From Podarcis cretensis (taxonomy: Eukaryota): a stretch of 64,000 nt of DNA. The position numbers and the translations under genes are program-made. Below the pieces are notes generated by a model. It made no database searches. It was not told the DNA's origin and saw only the letters and a list, made by a program, of their open reading frames with translations. The stretch covers positions 58,342,001-58,406,000 of the forward strand of contig OX638153.1 in assembly GCA_951804945.1 (NCBI GenBank), in the 5' to 3' direction. This document shows, piece after piece, positions 52,746-62,948 of this stretch. Each line of letters opens with the position of its first letter. The first letter of the stretch is position 1.

Positions 52746-54514
52746 ATATATAATGAGTGAGAGAAAGAACACAGGTAACCCTTCAGGCTTCATACTGTAT
52801 TAGGAACAGATATGCACTTTATTCCTTTCTTCTTTGCATCAAAAAGTAGCTTTCTGAGCTGGTGGAATACAAGAACAGCTGTAGTAGCAAAATGAGAAAT
52901 GGTCCTAATATAGCAAGATTTGGGGGGGTGCGTCATCAAGTGAGAAAAGCCTTCCATTGAACATCCCCCTAGTGCTAAAACTCATAGAAATAGATTGCAA
53001 ATGGCTTCCAGGATTATTGATCATCTCTAACGCTTTCCACTTTTATCTTTAATGCTTTGCTGTTTCTTATCCATAAGAAGCTACTGGTTTCAGAACTTCA
53101 CAGGAGACTATTTTCTGTCCAATCATCCCAGCTCTGCATTATAGGGAAGGGAATGAGCAACAGTGGGGGTGAAAATGTCTGAGCAGAGATGGGCTTCTCA
53201 TGAACTCTCCAGTGCTGATTAATTGCCTATACTTTTTTCCTTCCAGCTCGCGGCCTGGATCACATCGCCGAGAATATCCTGTCGTACCTGGATGCCAAGT
53301 CTTTGTGTGCTGTTGAGCTGGTGTGCAAGGAATGGTACCGAGTGACATCTGATGGCATGCTGTGGAAGAAGCTGATTGAGAGAATGGTCCGGACAGACTC
53401 GCTGTGGAGGGGTTTGGCGGAGCGGAGAGGATGGTGAGAGCATCTTTCATGCATCTTTTCCCTTGCTCAGTGAGGGAGTAGGAGTAGGTGCTGCTAATTT
53501 ACGACTTGCAGTGGTATGGTTTTTAAATGGTATGGGGCTGTATTCAATGGAATGCTAAGGAGATCATTCCATCAGTGCAAGAATTTCTACTTCTCTGATG
53601 GAACGATCTTCCATCGCCTCCCATCACCTGCTGTTCTGTGGGTTCTCCAGACCCTCCAGAACAGATTTGGGGATGGCATGGGAAAGGTCCCATTGTGCTA
53701 ACAGGAATCCTTGCACTGACTTAGCCTAGCAAAACAAGTAAATTGAAAACAGCTTTAGGTCATCGGTATGACAGTTCATTTTATTTGAAAATTGAAGACT
53801 GCCTTTTAAATTCTACCATTCAGTCTTCATTTTTTTTCTGAGGCTGTTTTTTGGGAGTATGTATTATTTCCTAACTTGGGGCAGGTAGGCACTTTCCCTT
53901 GATCTGGAAGCAGAATCCAGTAATTTAGTTCTACCTCCAGAGATGACTGGCCAAGCTTAGTAACAGGAACAGGGGATAAGTCCTCTCATATCCGGAATAT
54001 ATATATTCTGCTGCTCCTCCTTCTTTTCATGGCAATGGCGGTGGTTGTGATGGCAGCCCTTCCTCTCCCCCATCAAAATTGTTTTTCCTTTACCAAAAAA
54101 GGGAAGGAGAAAAATCCCTAGATGCTGTATGGAGTTTTTAGAGCCACTGTGGTGTAGTGATTAGTGTCAGGATAGGACCAGGGAGACAAGCATTCAAAGC
54201 CCCACTTAGCCATCGGGCTCACTGGGTGACCTTGGACCAGACACTGCCTCTAACCTTAACCTACCTTACAAGGTTGTTGTGGGGATTAAGTGAGGAGCAG
54301 CAGAACTATGTATGCCACCTTTAGATCCTTGGAGAAAAAGATGGGCTATGAATATAATCACTCAATCAGTCAATAAACCCAATGCTTTTCGGCATATATC
54401 AATGTTAGGCCTTCATTGGAGGTTGAAATGTAAAGTCGAAACAAACTGCAGAGCCATCTGATAATAGAAGTCAATTTTTTTTCTTTACCGTCAGGTGATT
54501 TGCAATGACTTTAG

Positions 54515-54575
<61 letters not shown>

Positions 54576-57500
54576 GCTTATATTTTTTTCTTTGGATGCT
54601 GGTTTAGCAGCAGATGTGCTGGAAAAGCCCTCCAACCCCATTTCCTCTCTCTCTGCCTTGCTGTATGAAGGGAAGAGGTGCAAAGCCTTGTTGGGTGGGA
54701 GGTAGCAGGGCTGCCAGTTGTAGCTGCCAGTGCCAGATGTGGACCATCAGCCAAGTCCAGAGTCTGGGGTGGTCACTCTGTTTCACCTCAACCCTCCACC
54801 AGTGATGGCCCTTCTTTTTGGTGGGTGAACAAGCAACGTAAGTCTGTGTAACATACAGTATCCTTCCCTCCCGTTACTTAGAGCAGTCTTTGATATATTA
54901 ATTCATTAGACTTTCAGAAGTTTCTGTACTCGTTGTACAACTAAAGTAGGTGCATTTTACATGTTATGAATGTGTTAGGTCACTTTTGTTTTCCTCAGCA
55001 GATTTTCACAATTAGAGACCTGTTTTATCTTTAGCCATAAAGCCAAGAGTACAAACCACTGAGGGCAAGCATGCAGAAATTCAGATAGATTAGTTAATCA
55101 GACGGAATAGTTTTTTCTATTATGCAAGACTTTCCCCAAGTCTAGAGCTGCTCTGTTAACATTTCATTAGATGCTTCGCTCTCTTGGGTAATCCCTTTAA
55201 TACATAATTTTCTATCCAAGGAGCCTCCCTCGTATGTTGTCTGTGAGGAAATGGGTATGAATATTTCATAAACAAGACAAAGGTGACAGCTAAGGCATTT
55301 TAGCTGCTATTAAAACAAAAATTAAAAATAAGGCCAGAAACTTGCCAAGTGCAAATTCTATTAAGGGCTTTGGCACTAGAAATATGTTACAGTTTAATAG
55401 ATTATGAGGGCAGAAAAAATGTTTGTGTAATGCTTTCAGTGCTTCGAAAAATACCTAAAATACAGTTCTGTATTTAGTATTGATTTCTAGAGGTACCCAG
55501 ATTACTTTCCCATGGCAGAATTAACAACAAGCAAGGCACAGACATTACTTTTGCCGCTTCAGAATCTGTAGTGAGCAAAACTGACTTCTGATTGTGGAGA
55601 TCTTGGTGGGTCATAGTTAACATGTCAAACAGCACACTGACAAAATGTCTAGGCAGTAATGCGAATGTGCTGCTTCCAACATCTTCAAGATGCCTGCATA
55701 GAGTTCTCTTCCAGGGAGATGAATGATGCATACTCATAAGATAGAAAGTGGGGAATGAGTAGCTTCTGATACCTTCTCGGCTAACAGTTCAGCACTGTGG
55801 TTCTTTTTCTCATTAGGGACACAAATCTGCTAGTTTGCAGAGGGTACCATTGCTTACTTATAAGGTGTTGCTGAGCTACACACACAACTAGGGAAAGTTT
55901 GCAAAGCTTGATATTCTTGTAGGCAAAGCATTATACCTGCCATATTTTAAAACATGGGAGATTTGTTAGAGCTTAGTTTTTCCAGAAATGTGTGTTTGAA
56001 ATTGTATGTATTTTCCCCCCTTGTATCACACTGCTCAGTATTTTTATTAGTCATTTTGTTGATTCAAATCACTCTTCCAAAGCATGGTTTACCTTGCACG
56101 TGCCCAGGGCACCTCACGCAAAAGGAAACTTCTCAGTGTATATTTTCAGATTTGTGGCAAGGAAGGAATGCATAGGAAAAAACCTGTCGGAAATAATGCA
56201 ACAGTGAAAGGGGGAGCAGAGAGCTGGCCTAGGCTAAATGCCATGCCTCACATGCCAGGATTATACTCTGAGGATTTGTGCCCATTTCTGCTTCACAAGG
56301 AATGTTGCCAGGCAGAAGAGTTGTTAGCATGCCCATGGTGGGGTTTACTAGCTTCCGCACAGTGTTAGGTGGCTCCTTAACTTTAGGATGAGGAATTTTA
56401 AAAAATTTACACAGCATGAAGTGATTGCCGTTCACTGGGTTTCCCTCCCTTTCTCTGGCAAAAATGTGCATTCCATGACCAGGCTAAGTTGAGGAAGAAG
56501 CCAATGCAGTTTACTCAGAAGATTAGAGGAGCAGTAAAATGCTATTGCTGATACTATGAATTGCTTAATTTCTTTTTGTTTTGGAGCAATTAGAATGTGG
56601 GGAACATACTGAGGTCCTCTCCTATTCTCACTCTCCTTTGAAGGACCCTTTTATCTATCCACCTTTATTTGCAAAACGGCCTTATATTTATTTAGATGCC
56701 TACTATTTTATGAATTGCCACATGTCTAAAGGCAGTAGTATTATGATGCGGACCCTACAGCATCCCTTTTAAATCTGGTCTAGTCATCCATTTTCATCTA
56801 CCAAACACAAGAGCTCTACAAGTCTCTCTCGCAAATCCTTGAATGAAATAGCCATGGCTAAATGAGCAATGCTGCTTTTCTTTCTTTCTTCCTTTCTTTT
56901 AGGGGACATTATCTTTTTAAGAACAAGCCGCCCGATGGGATAGCCCCTCCTAATTCCTTCTACAGAGCACTTTATCCCAAAATTATACAGGATATAGAGG
57001 TAAGAGCCAGAAAACGGCTATGCAATTGTATGTGAAACCCTCATCTGAGCTCCTTTGTTGTGTGTGAAACAATTCAAATTTCCTGCACAGATGCCAGCCA
57101 GTTACAGCTTCCTACTGCATCTACCGTAGAATGAAAGAGAAGCTGGATGTGATAGTGTGTACATATTTGTACACATTTTCCCTCTGCGTCCTGTTATAAA
57201 AAAAACAATTTAGTAGTCTGTCTTTAAGACACTTAGGAGTCATATGTACCAAATCCATTGATATTTGGTCTCCCCTTCTTTGAAGGGAGTTGAATGTTCA
57301 GGCACTTGGATTATACCATCTCACCACAATTAAATCTCAGTGTATTATACCATTTCAGTTCAACTTCCATGATTACACTGAATTAAATTTGGCAACCTTT
57401 CCGTTGAAGAAGCATATCACAGTGTCACATTTGTGATCAAGGGATGTACAAAGTTCATCACAGTAAGTCTTACTGACTCAAACAACTGTTTGAGCTTCTC

Positions 57501-57996
57501 CAAGTGTCACTGAGACCAAATCAAGGCAACCTGCATTTTTTACAGTACCCACTGTTGACCTTAATTCTGGAGAAGCTGTTCAAAAGAAAAGAGAATTGCT
57601 CTTAGGGATGGTGGGGAAGGAGATCAGACAAGAGGACCAAACCATGTTTCAATACGCAACGGTAGCTGCCAGGATACTGCTAGCGCAAAACTGGAAAACC
57701 CCTAATATTCCAACCATTAGAGACTGGCAATCTAAGTTATTTGAGTATATAGAGCTAGCAAGGATGACACAGAAGATCAGGCATCAGAAAAATGTAAAAT
57801 TTATCAACGATTGGAGTAAATTCCTTACATACATGGAAACAAATCTAGGTAACATTAAAATCACAGTTGGCGATACATAAAGTTTGAGAGGTGTAAACAA
57901 GGTAAGAAAAATACCCTGCAGGAAAATAACATGGGAGTACAACTCAAGCCGTTTTGAAGGGAAGTCAATCACTGTTTTGGGATGGGTGGGTATATA

Positions 57997-58047
<51 letters not shown>

Positions 58048-60110
58048 TTTCTCTTTTGTATGGGTGTATGTGCCGGTGGTCTTGTAATTTTGCCATATGG
58101 TACCTTTGTTTGTTATTCCTTTTTTTTTCTTGTATTTGTTTTTTCTGTTTGTTTTTGTTCATATGAAAAAGAGCTCAATAAAAATATTTTAAAAAAAACA
58201 AAACAAAAGAAAAGAGAATTGTGGCCAGTTCAGCATTCTTGAAGATCACTGAAGGGACAGATACCTGTGGAGCCATCAGTGTGGGGGAAGGGGGAAAACC
58301 TACCTAATGGACAGTCAACACAAGGGGAAATGAACATCCCGGGTTTTATCCAATGTTAGCCCTACTCAGAGTAGACACACTGAAATGAATGGAACTAATT
58401 AGCCTACTAATTTCAGCTATATTCTAGATATCTGGTGCCTTTGCTTTCTTTGTAGTAACTAGAATCATCTTAGAGGGATTTGAAACTTTATGGAAGCTAG
58501 GGATTGGGAAAGTGGCGGGGAGAAGGACTTGTCCCCTTTCCTTCCAGCTTGCTCTGGTTCTATCTAATGATAAATGATTTCAGCATCAGAGCTGCTTCTG
58601 TTGTCCCAGGAGTCCAGCAGGCTTTATTGGTGCAAAATTTCCATGTTGTTTGTTCCACACTTTATAATTGTTTCTCTCTCCCCCAGACAATAGAATCAAA
58701 CTGGCGGTGTGGAAGGCACAGCTTACAGCGAATCCACTGCCGAAGTGAAACAAGCAAAGGGGTTTATTGTTTACAATATGATGATCAGAAGATAGTAAGT
58801 GGCCTCCGAGACAATACCATCAAGGTGAGAGCTCCCCAGTGGGCAATGATTGAACACAAAATCCATTCCCCAGAAGAATGCAGGTGTAACTTCATTTAGG
58901 AGGACTAATGCAAGAGAGAAACAGAGAAGGATGAGGTTAATCCTTGTCTTCCTTTCCCTCCCCTCGTGCCCCCCATCAAGTCTGACTATGAATTGCATTG
59001 GTTTTCCTCCCTTTCTTCCAAACAAGGAGGATAAATCTATATTATCTGTTTCATTTTCTTGCATTCTGTTCAGTGCTAGCCACGTTATTGGTCCTTCAGT
59101 AATTAAAGTCTTCCTGTTCCCTAATGAGAAGGGTAAAGACTATGTTCATATTAAAACAGAGATATTAAGGATAGTTTATATTGCTCCAAAGTGCCTGTGG
59201 AATACAAAGTGCACTGTGTGCCACTTAGAAGAAGTTCTGCTCGCCTTAGTAAATAAAATGCTGCGTTACAGAAAAACAAAAGAGCCAGTCTAGCAATACA
59301 ATCTGTTTACCTTGTGGTGAAATCCCAAATGTGTGCCCTTTTTGCCTTCCTAGATTTGGGACAAGAATACGCTAGAATGCAAGAGGGTTCTGACTGGACA
59401 CACGGGGTCAGTCCTTTGCCTCCAGTACGATGAGCGGGTGATCATCACTGGATCATCGGATTCCACTGTCAGGTAGCTATTTATTTATTGAGAATGCTTA
59501 TATCCCTCCTTTCTAACAAATACAGGCCTCCAAGGCAGTTTACCCCATAATTAAAACAATCCATTTTAGTGAAAAAATATATAAAAGGCAGAGAATAGAG
59601 CCAACAGTCAATAAGCAAAAAAAATTAAACAGAAAGCAGTTAACCAACCAGATAAAAGCTTTTGAAAATTAAGCCTAAAAGTTAACAGTTTGCATGCAGT
59701 GTCAAACCGTAGTTTGGAATACCGTATTTTTCCCTCTATAACACGCAGATTTTTTCTCCTAAAAAGGAAGGGGAAATGTCTGTGCGTGTTATAGAGTGAA
59801 TGTGTGGTCCCTGGAGCTGAAAAATCAGGCAAAAATCAAATCACGGCGCTTCACGGAGAAGGGAAATCTGAAAAGAGGAAGCGGCTGCTTTCCTGCATTC
59901 TGCCTCAGGGTCTTACTGCCCACCCTCCTCTGTTTCGTTGCTGTGTTTGCTGAAACGGAACAAAGAGCAGGGAAAGCCCCTCCCCTCCAGGCAAGCAGAG
60001 GGGAATTCCTCTCTGTGCTCGGGTGCTGCTGGGGGAGAGGGAGAGAGAGGGGGGAAGTGAGAGAGGGGGGGAGGGGGAGGGAGAGAGAGAGGGGGAGGGA
60101 GGGAGGGAGG

Positions 60111-60156
<46 letters not shown>

Positions 60157-61206
60157 TGGCTTGGGTGGGGGGAAACTTTTGCCTTTCTTTCCTCCCTCCC
60201 GTTAAATCCCTCTCCTGCATTCTTAGCCAGCTGCTTCTCTGCACACCCCTCTCATGTCCCTTATTTGTTTTTCCTTCGCTCCCCACTTAAAATGTGGTTA
60301 CAAAGCATAGATCCACATGGATCCTCAGGATCTTTGCATTGGGTCACCCCAAATTCACCATCAGATCACATAGCATGTCCATGGCTACAGCCTGCCCCCC
60401 CAAAATCACGCACCCACTGTTGCCTGGGGCTGCAATGGTGCAAAAACGTGGTTAAAAAGCATGGATCCACATGGATCCTCAGGATCTTTGCATTGGGTCA
60501 CCCCAAATTCACCATCAGATCACATAGCATGACCATGGCTACAGCCTGCACCAAAAAAATCACGCACCCACTGTTGCCTGGGGCTGCAATGATGCAAAAA
60601 TGTGGTTACAAAGCATGGATCCACAGGGATTCTCAGGATCTTTGCACTGAGTCACCCCAAATTCACCATCAGATCACATAGCATGTCCATGGCTACAGCC
60701 TGCACCAAAAAAATCACGCACCCACTGTTGCCTGGGGCTGCAATGGTGCAAAAACGTGGTTACAAAGCATGGATCCACAGGAATTCTCAGGATTTTTGCA
60801 TTGGGTCACCCCAAATTCACCATCAGATCACATGTCTGTGGCCACAGCATGAAGCCTAAAAATGATACATCCACTGTTTCATTCAGAATGTTTTTTCCCT
60901 TGTTTTCCTCCTCTAAAAACGATGTGCGTGTTATGGTCAGGTGAGTGTTATAGAGCGAAAAATACGGTAAATTATATTGAGATTGGGGGATTGTATGATG
61001 AGTGTCTTGGCTACCATGCTACTCCTAGTGCTCAAGAAGAGGTTGGAAGTAAGAAAGATGGATTTGCTCCACAAGCCCTATTCAAATTCTGCCCTCAAAA
61101 CAGAGACAGTGGAAGGCATGCACAAAGAATGGAAGGCTGTTTCTATAAGTTTTGGTAAAAATAGCCTTCAGAGTCAGCAATTTAAACCCTTGATTCCAGG
61201 GTTCTC

Positions 61207-61239
<33 letters not shown>

Positions 61240-62948
61240 GTCCTTGGGAACAGATAGCTGTCAGCACGTTTTCTTGAGCATACAGATTCTGCTTGCATGA
61301 AATATCCAATTAAACTGTTTTTCGTTTAGCAGGAATATTTTAAATTCCTTAATGCCAGCCATTAATATATTATACAATGCTTTTAGCAGGACAAAAGGAA
61401 TATTTCAAATTGTGGGTGCTACATGACATTTTTTATTGCTCAGGAATTGTTCAAGTCCTGTGGCCTAGAATTTTTTTAAAAAACAGTCATAAGAAAGAGC
61501 AGCATATTTGGTTCAGGGGTAATTCTGTGTTGGGAGTAAATTATCCATTTTGGAGGCTTTGCTGATTTGGAATGGGTTGATATGGATTATTTGAAAGCTA
61601 AGAAGACTGAAATGTGCTGAGGAAGGACCTGCCTTTTGAGAAATTTTGCCCTTGTTCTTTTTAGACATGATTTTTAAAACAAAGGTGGAAGCGCTCCGCA
61701 AACTAAATTCTGTACTAGTTTAGATGTTGCATTACGCCCACAAGCACAGAAACTCAGCACATGCAGTAGAAGATTTCAGTCCTCAGATCTTCTTTCCTGT
61801 TAAATCCTTTTGTTTTGAGGTTCTTGCTTTTTCTTACTCTGTTTGGACATTACAGTGTTAACTTTTGTTTGTTGGACTCCATAGCTGTGCTGTTGACTAA
61901 ACCCAAAGGAGGACAGTTTGCTTCAAATTGCAGCCAAGCCCAAGATTCACAGTGTGACACTGAGCAAATTACACATTTTCTCATTTTCAGTTCCCCATCT
62001 GTAAAATGGATATAATAATGTCCTACCACACAAAGTTGCTGGGAGGAAGAATTAGATTCTTATTGAAATACTATTTGAATTTACCAAATTAGGCGGACAG
62101 ACTTACTTATTTAGCACATCTTTTACAGGAATGTTTGGCATATTTCCCCCTTCTGCTTAATAATGGATCTTAAAACATCTCTCTCCTCCCCCTCTTTTCT
62201 CTCTTCTGCCACAAATTCCAGAGTGTGGGATGTTAATACGGGTGAGATGCTGAACACCCTGATCCATCATTGTGAAGCAGTACTGCATCTACGTTTTAAT
62301 AATGGCATGATGGTGACATGCTCCAAAGATCGGTCCATTGCCGTGTGGGACATGGCCTCCCCAACAGACATCACACTACGAAGGGTACTGGTTGGACACA
62401 GGGCAGCCGTCAATGTGGTCGACTTCGATGACAAATACATTGTATCAGCATCGGGGGACAGGACGATTAAGGTGCAAACCATGAAATCATGATGACATTA
62501 GACATTTATTTTATTTATTTCTTTTTCGCAATACATTTATACTGCCTTCCTATACTGCCTTCATCAAGAGGGCATGGTTCCCTTCTTCACACACACTTTG
62601 ATTCTCATCATCATGCTGTTAGTGTAGATTGGGCTGAGAGAGTGAGTGGCTGGCTTAAGGCCATCCTTTTAGTTTTATGCCTGAGTGGGAATGTGATCCA
62701 CTGCCTCCTAGTCTTTAATCCAACACTCAGACCATCACACCACACTGTCTCCCATCAACAATCTATGACTTTTTCATAAACATCCCTGTCCATTATTTTC
62801 TTCTGTGTGTACTTGTGTCTCTCTTACAGGTCTGGAACACAAGTACCTGTGAGTTTGTGCGTACATTGAATGGCCACAAGCGAGGTATTGCATGTCTACA
62901 GTACAGAGACAGACTAGTAGTGAGTGGTTCATCAGATAATACAATCAG
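7153..62948 (+). CDS. BTRC: BTRC (beta-TrCP1, F-box/WD40 substrate receptor of SCF E3 ligase), partial multi-exon CDS: join(7153-7230,16048-16137,48994-49225,53247-53433,56903-56999,58687-58824,59354-59472,62222-62471,62830-62948)
   Basis: The spliced translation runs [35 protein letters not shown]...[29 protein letters not shown]...[20 protein letters not shown]...-...[10 protein letters not shown]. All introns are GT-AG with compatible phases. Diagnostic residues ([46 protein letters not shown]) match BTRC rather than the paralog FBXW11 as I recall them. Confidence 0.97.
7353..7410 (+). repeat. (TCCC)n microsatellite about 120 nt downstream of the exon 3 donor
   Basis: Perfect TCCC run; (GGGA)n on the minus strand. 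Confidence 0.95.
8996..9195. mobile_element. GC-rich 200-bp non-autonomous hAT-type element (MITE)
   Basis: Ends CAGTGGCGGAG... and ...CTCCGCCAGTG (10/11 inverted match); 8-bp flanks CATAGAAG and CATAGACG (7/8, TSD-like). Confidence 0.8.
9433..9564. other. N-run (132 nt)
   Basis: Directly visible; unique flanks. Confidence 0.99.
9904..9962 (+). repeat. (AG)n microsatellite
   Basis: Perfect AG run of about 29 units. Confidence 0.95.
14860..15278 (+). mobile_element. Old L2-type LINE 3' fragment
   Basis: ORF 14928 shows [13 protein letters not shown] (L2 ORF2 C-terminal R.FS..AP.LWN-like motif), followed by a T-rich 3' region and a taaataaataa tail. Confidence 0.6.
16048..16137 (+). CDS. BTRC: BTRC coding exon (exon 4 equivalent), 90 nt, phase 0/0: [30 protein letters not shown]
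   Basis: Acceptor ttcttcttcacag|ACC; donor AAA|gtaagt; peptide matches the BTRC-specific N-terminal segment. Confidence 0.95.
18769..19105 (-). mobile_element. Sauria SINE, near full length, 5' head decayed
   Basis: Starts with (AAAGGT)-like units, the reverse complement of the (ACCTTT)n tail; internal tgactctggggttgcggtgctcatctcgcttta; ends in sequence similar to 1-120. Confidence 0.85.
21893..21952 (+). repeat. Compound (TC)n(AC)n microsatellite
   Basis: Directly visible. Confidence 0.95.
23262..23596 (-). mobile_element. L2-type LINE 3' end (5'-truncated) with (AAT)n tail
   Basis: Minus-strand translation [36 protein letters not shown] matches the L2 ORF2 C-terminus. The 3' UTR motif cccatctggctgggtttccccagccactctg recurs at about 44311-44350, 51720-51745 and 51890-51920. 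Confidence 0.8.
24043..24398. other. N-run (356 nt)
   Basis: Directly visible; CpG-containing unique flanks. Confidence 0.99.
25764..25927. other. N-run (164 nt)
   Basis: Directly visible; unique flanks. Confidence 0.99.
27757..27795 (+). repeat. Perfect 19-bp tandem duplication (GTTACTGTTCTTTTCAAAT)x2
   Basis: Units at 27757-27775 and 27776-27794. Confidence 0.9.
30430..30562 (+). mobile_element. SINE or LINE fragment with a CR1-type 3' tail
   Basis: ggggttggactagttgaccctcaagtttccttccacctttatgattctatga resembles the CR1 3' terminal motif. Confidence 0.55.
36749..36974. mobile_element. 226-bp Tc1/mariner (pogo/Tigger-like) MITE, copy 1
   Basis: TA|CGGTGGTACCTTGGGTTA...TAACCTGAGGTACCACTG|TA: TIRs and TA TSD; a second copy of the same length is at 46770-46995. 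Confidence 0.9.
39880..39995 (-). mobile_element. L2-type LINE ORF2 fragment
   Basis: Minus-strand [16 protein letters not shown] resembles the L2 SRLDYCN..L.GLP motif. Confidence 0.6.
40715..41280. other. Pair of N-runs (40715-40958, 41068-41280) separated by a 109-nt unique island
   Basis: Directly visible; lengths 244 and 213 nt. Confidence 0.99.
41753..41962 (+). mobile_element. Degenerate tRNA-derived squamate SINE (Squam2-like)
   Basis: tRNA-like head and ...ccagtcagagtagac...taaggcagc tail; related decayed copies at about 45340-45460 and 51497-51668. Confidence 0.55.
43081..43175 (+). mobile_element. Sauria SINE 3' fragment with ACCTTT tail
   Basis: ggctcccttggcctgtaaagcgagatgagcacc...ccccagagtcat...gggtcctttacctttaccttt is the reverse complement of about 18770-18865. 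Confidence 0.85.
44290..44404 (-). mobile_element. Short L2-type 3' end fragment (same family as 23262-23596)
   Basis: catctggctgggtttccccagtcactctgggtggctcccaacagaatattaaaaacac is shared with about 23298-23355. Confidence 0.75.
46770..46995. mobile_element. 226-bp Tc1/mariner (pogo/Tigger-like) MITE, copy 2
   Basis: TA|CAGTGGTACCTCGGGTTA...TAACCTGAGGTACCACTG|TA; internal repeated TCAGGTTAAGAAC motifs; colinear with 36749-36974. Confidence 0.9.
48994..49225 (+). CDS. BTRC: BTRC coding exon (exon 5 equivalent), 232 nt, dimerisation (D) domain: [77 protein letters not shown]
   Basis: Acceptor tcttcttccatag; donor CAG|gtagtc; overlaps ORF 49021..49293. Confidence 0.97.
49594..49780. mobile_element. 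187-bp hAT (Charlie-like) MITE
   Basis: TIRs CAGGGGTAGTTAACCT and AGGTTGACAACCCCTG (14/16); 8-bp TSD GTCTAGAA and GTCCAGAA (7/8). Confidence 0.85.
52704..52747 (+). repeat. (CA)n microsatellite
   Basis: Directly visible; other CA runs at about 34242-34268, 54534-54573 and 61208-61237. Confidence 0.9.
53247..53433 (+). CDS. BTRC: BTRC coding exon (exon 6 equivalent), 187 nt, F-box: (A)[61 protein letters not shown](W)
   Basis: Acceptor ttttttccttccag; donor ATG|gtgaga; phase 1 in and phase 2 out; F-box consensus ILSYLD...VCKEW...LWK. Confidence 0.96.
54140..54376 (+). mobile_element. tRNA-derived CORE/MIR-like SINE (Squam3-like)
   Basis: gagccactgtggtgtagtgattag A-box-like head, ctgggtgaccttgg core and acctaccttacaaggttgttgtg body, ending in a caataaa tail. 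Confidence 0.65.
56903..56999 (+). CDS. BTRC: BTRC coding exon (exon 7 equivalent), 97 nt, linker: (W)[32 protein letters not shown]
   Basis: Long pyrimidine tract plus tag acceptor ending at 56902; donor GAG|gtaaga. Confidence 0.96.
57599..58203 (+). mobile_element. 5'-truncated L1-type LINE insertion (ORF2 C-terminus, 3' UTR, A-rich tail) with perfect TSD
   Basis: Direct repeat CAAAAGAAAAGAGAATTG at 57581-57598 and 58204-58221; open frame ...[15 protein letters not shown]...[10 protein letters not shown]...DWSKF; AATAAA at about 58177 followed by an A-rich tail; (TTA)n at about 58001-58047. Confidence 0.8.
58687..58824 (+). CDS. BTRC: BTRC coding exon (exon 8 equivalent), 138 nt, first WD40: [46 protein letters not shown]
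   Basis: Acceptor ctctctcccccag; donor AAG|gtgaga; lies within ORF 58504..58899. Confidence 0.97.
59354..59472 (+). CDS. BTRC: BTRC coding exon (exon 9 equivalent), 119 nt, WD40: [39 protein letters not shown](R)
   Basis: Acceptor ttttgccttcctag; donor CAG|gtagct; GH...WD40 motif. Confidence 0.96.
59722..60967. mobile_element. 1246-bp non-autonomous Tc1/mariner (Tc2-like CCGTA termini) element
   Basis: TA|CCGTATTTTTCCCTCTATAACAC ... GTGTTATAGAGCGAAAAATACGG|TA (22/23 TIR match, TA TSD); no transposase ORF. Confidence 0.88.
60288..60852 (+). repeat. 154-bp tandem repeat, about 3.6 copies, inside the Tc2-like element
   Basis: The GTGGTTA(C/A)AAAGCAT anchor recurs at 60294, 60448, 60602 and 60756, an exact 154-bp period. 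Confidence 0.92.
62222..62471 (+). CDS. BTRC: BTRC coding exon (exon 10 equivalent), 250 nt, two WD40 repeats: [83 protein letters not shown]
   Basis: Acceptor ...aattccag|A GTG TGG; donor AAG|gtgcaa; lies within ORF 62163..62492. Confidence 0.97.
62830..62948 (+). CDS. BTRC: BTRC coding exon (exon 11 equivalent), 119 nt, WD40: [39 protein letters not shown](R)
   Basis: Acceptor ctctcttacag; donor CAG|gtaaga; later exons are not seen before the window end. Confidence 0.96.

Noticed and set aside
59796-60290. 164-aa and 153-aa ORFs with RE or SL repeats
   Set aside because: Produced by the GA microsatellite within a transposon.
60288-60852. CRISPR-like array
   Set aside because: Head-to-tail units with no unique spacers, inside a eukaryotic transposon, and no cas genes.
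48994-62948. Assignment to the paralog FBXW11 (beta-TrCP2)
   Set aside because: Diagnostic residues and the TYNSCARLC exon match BTRC.
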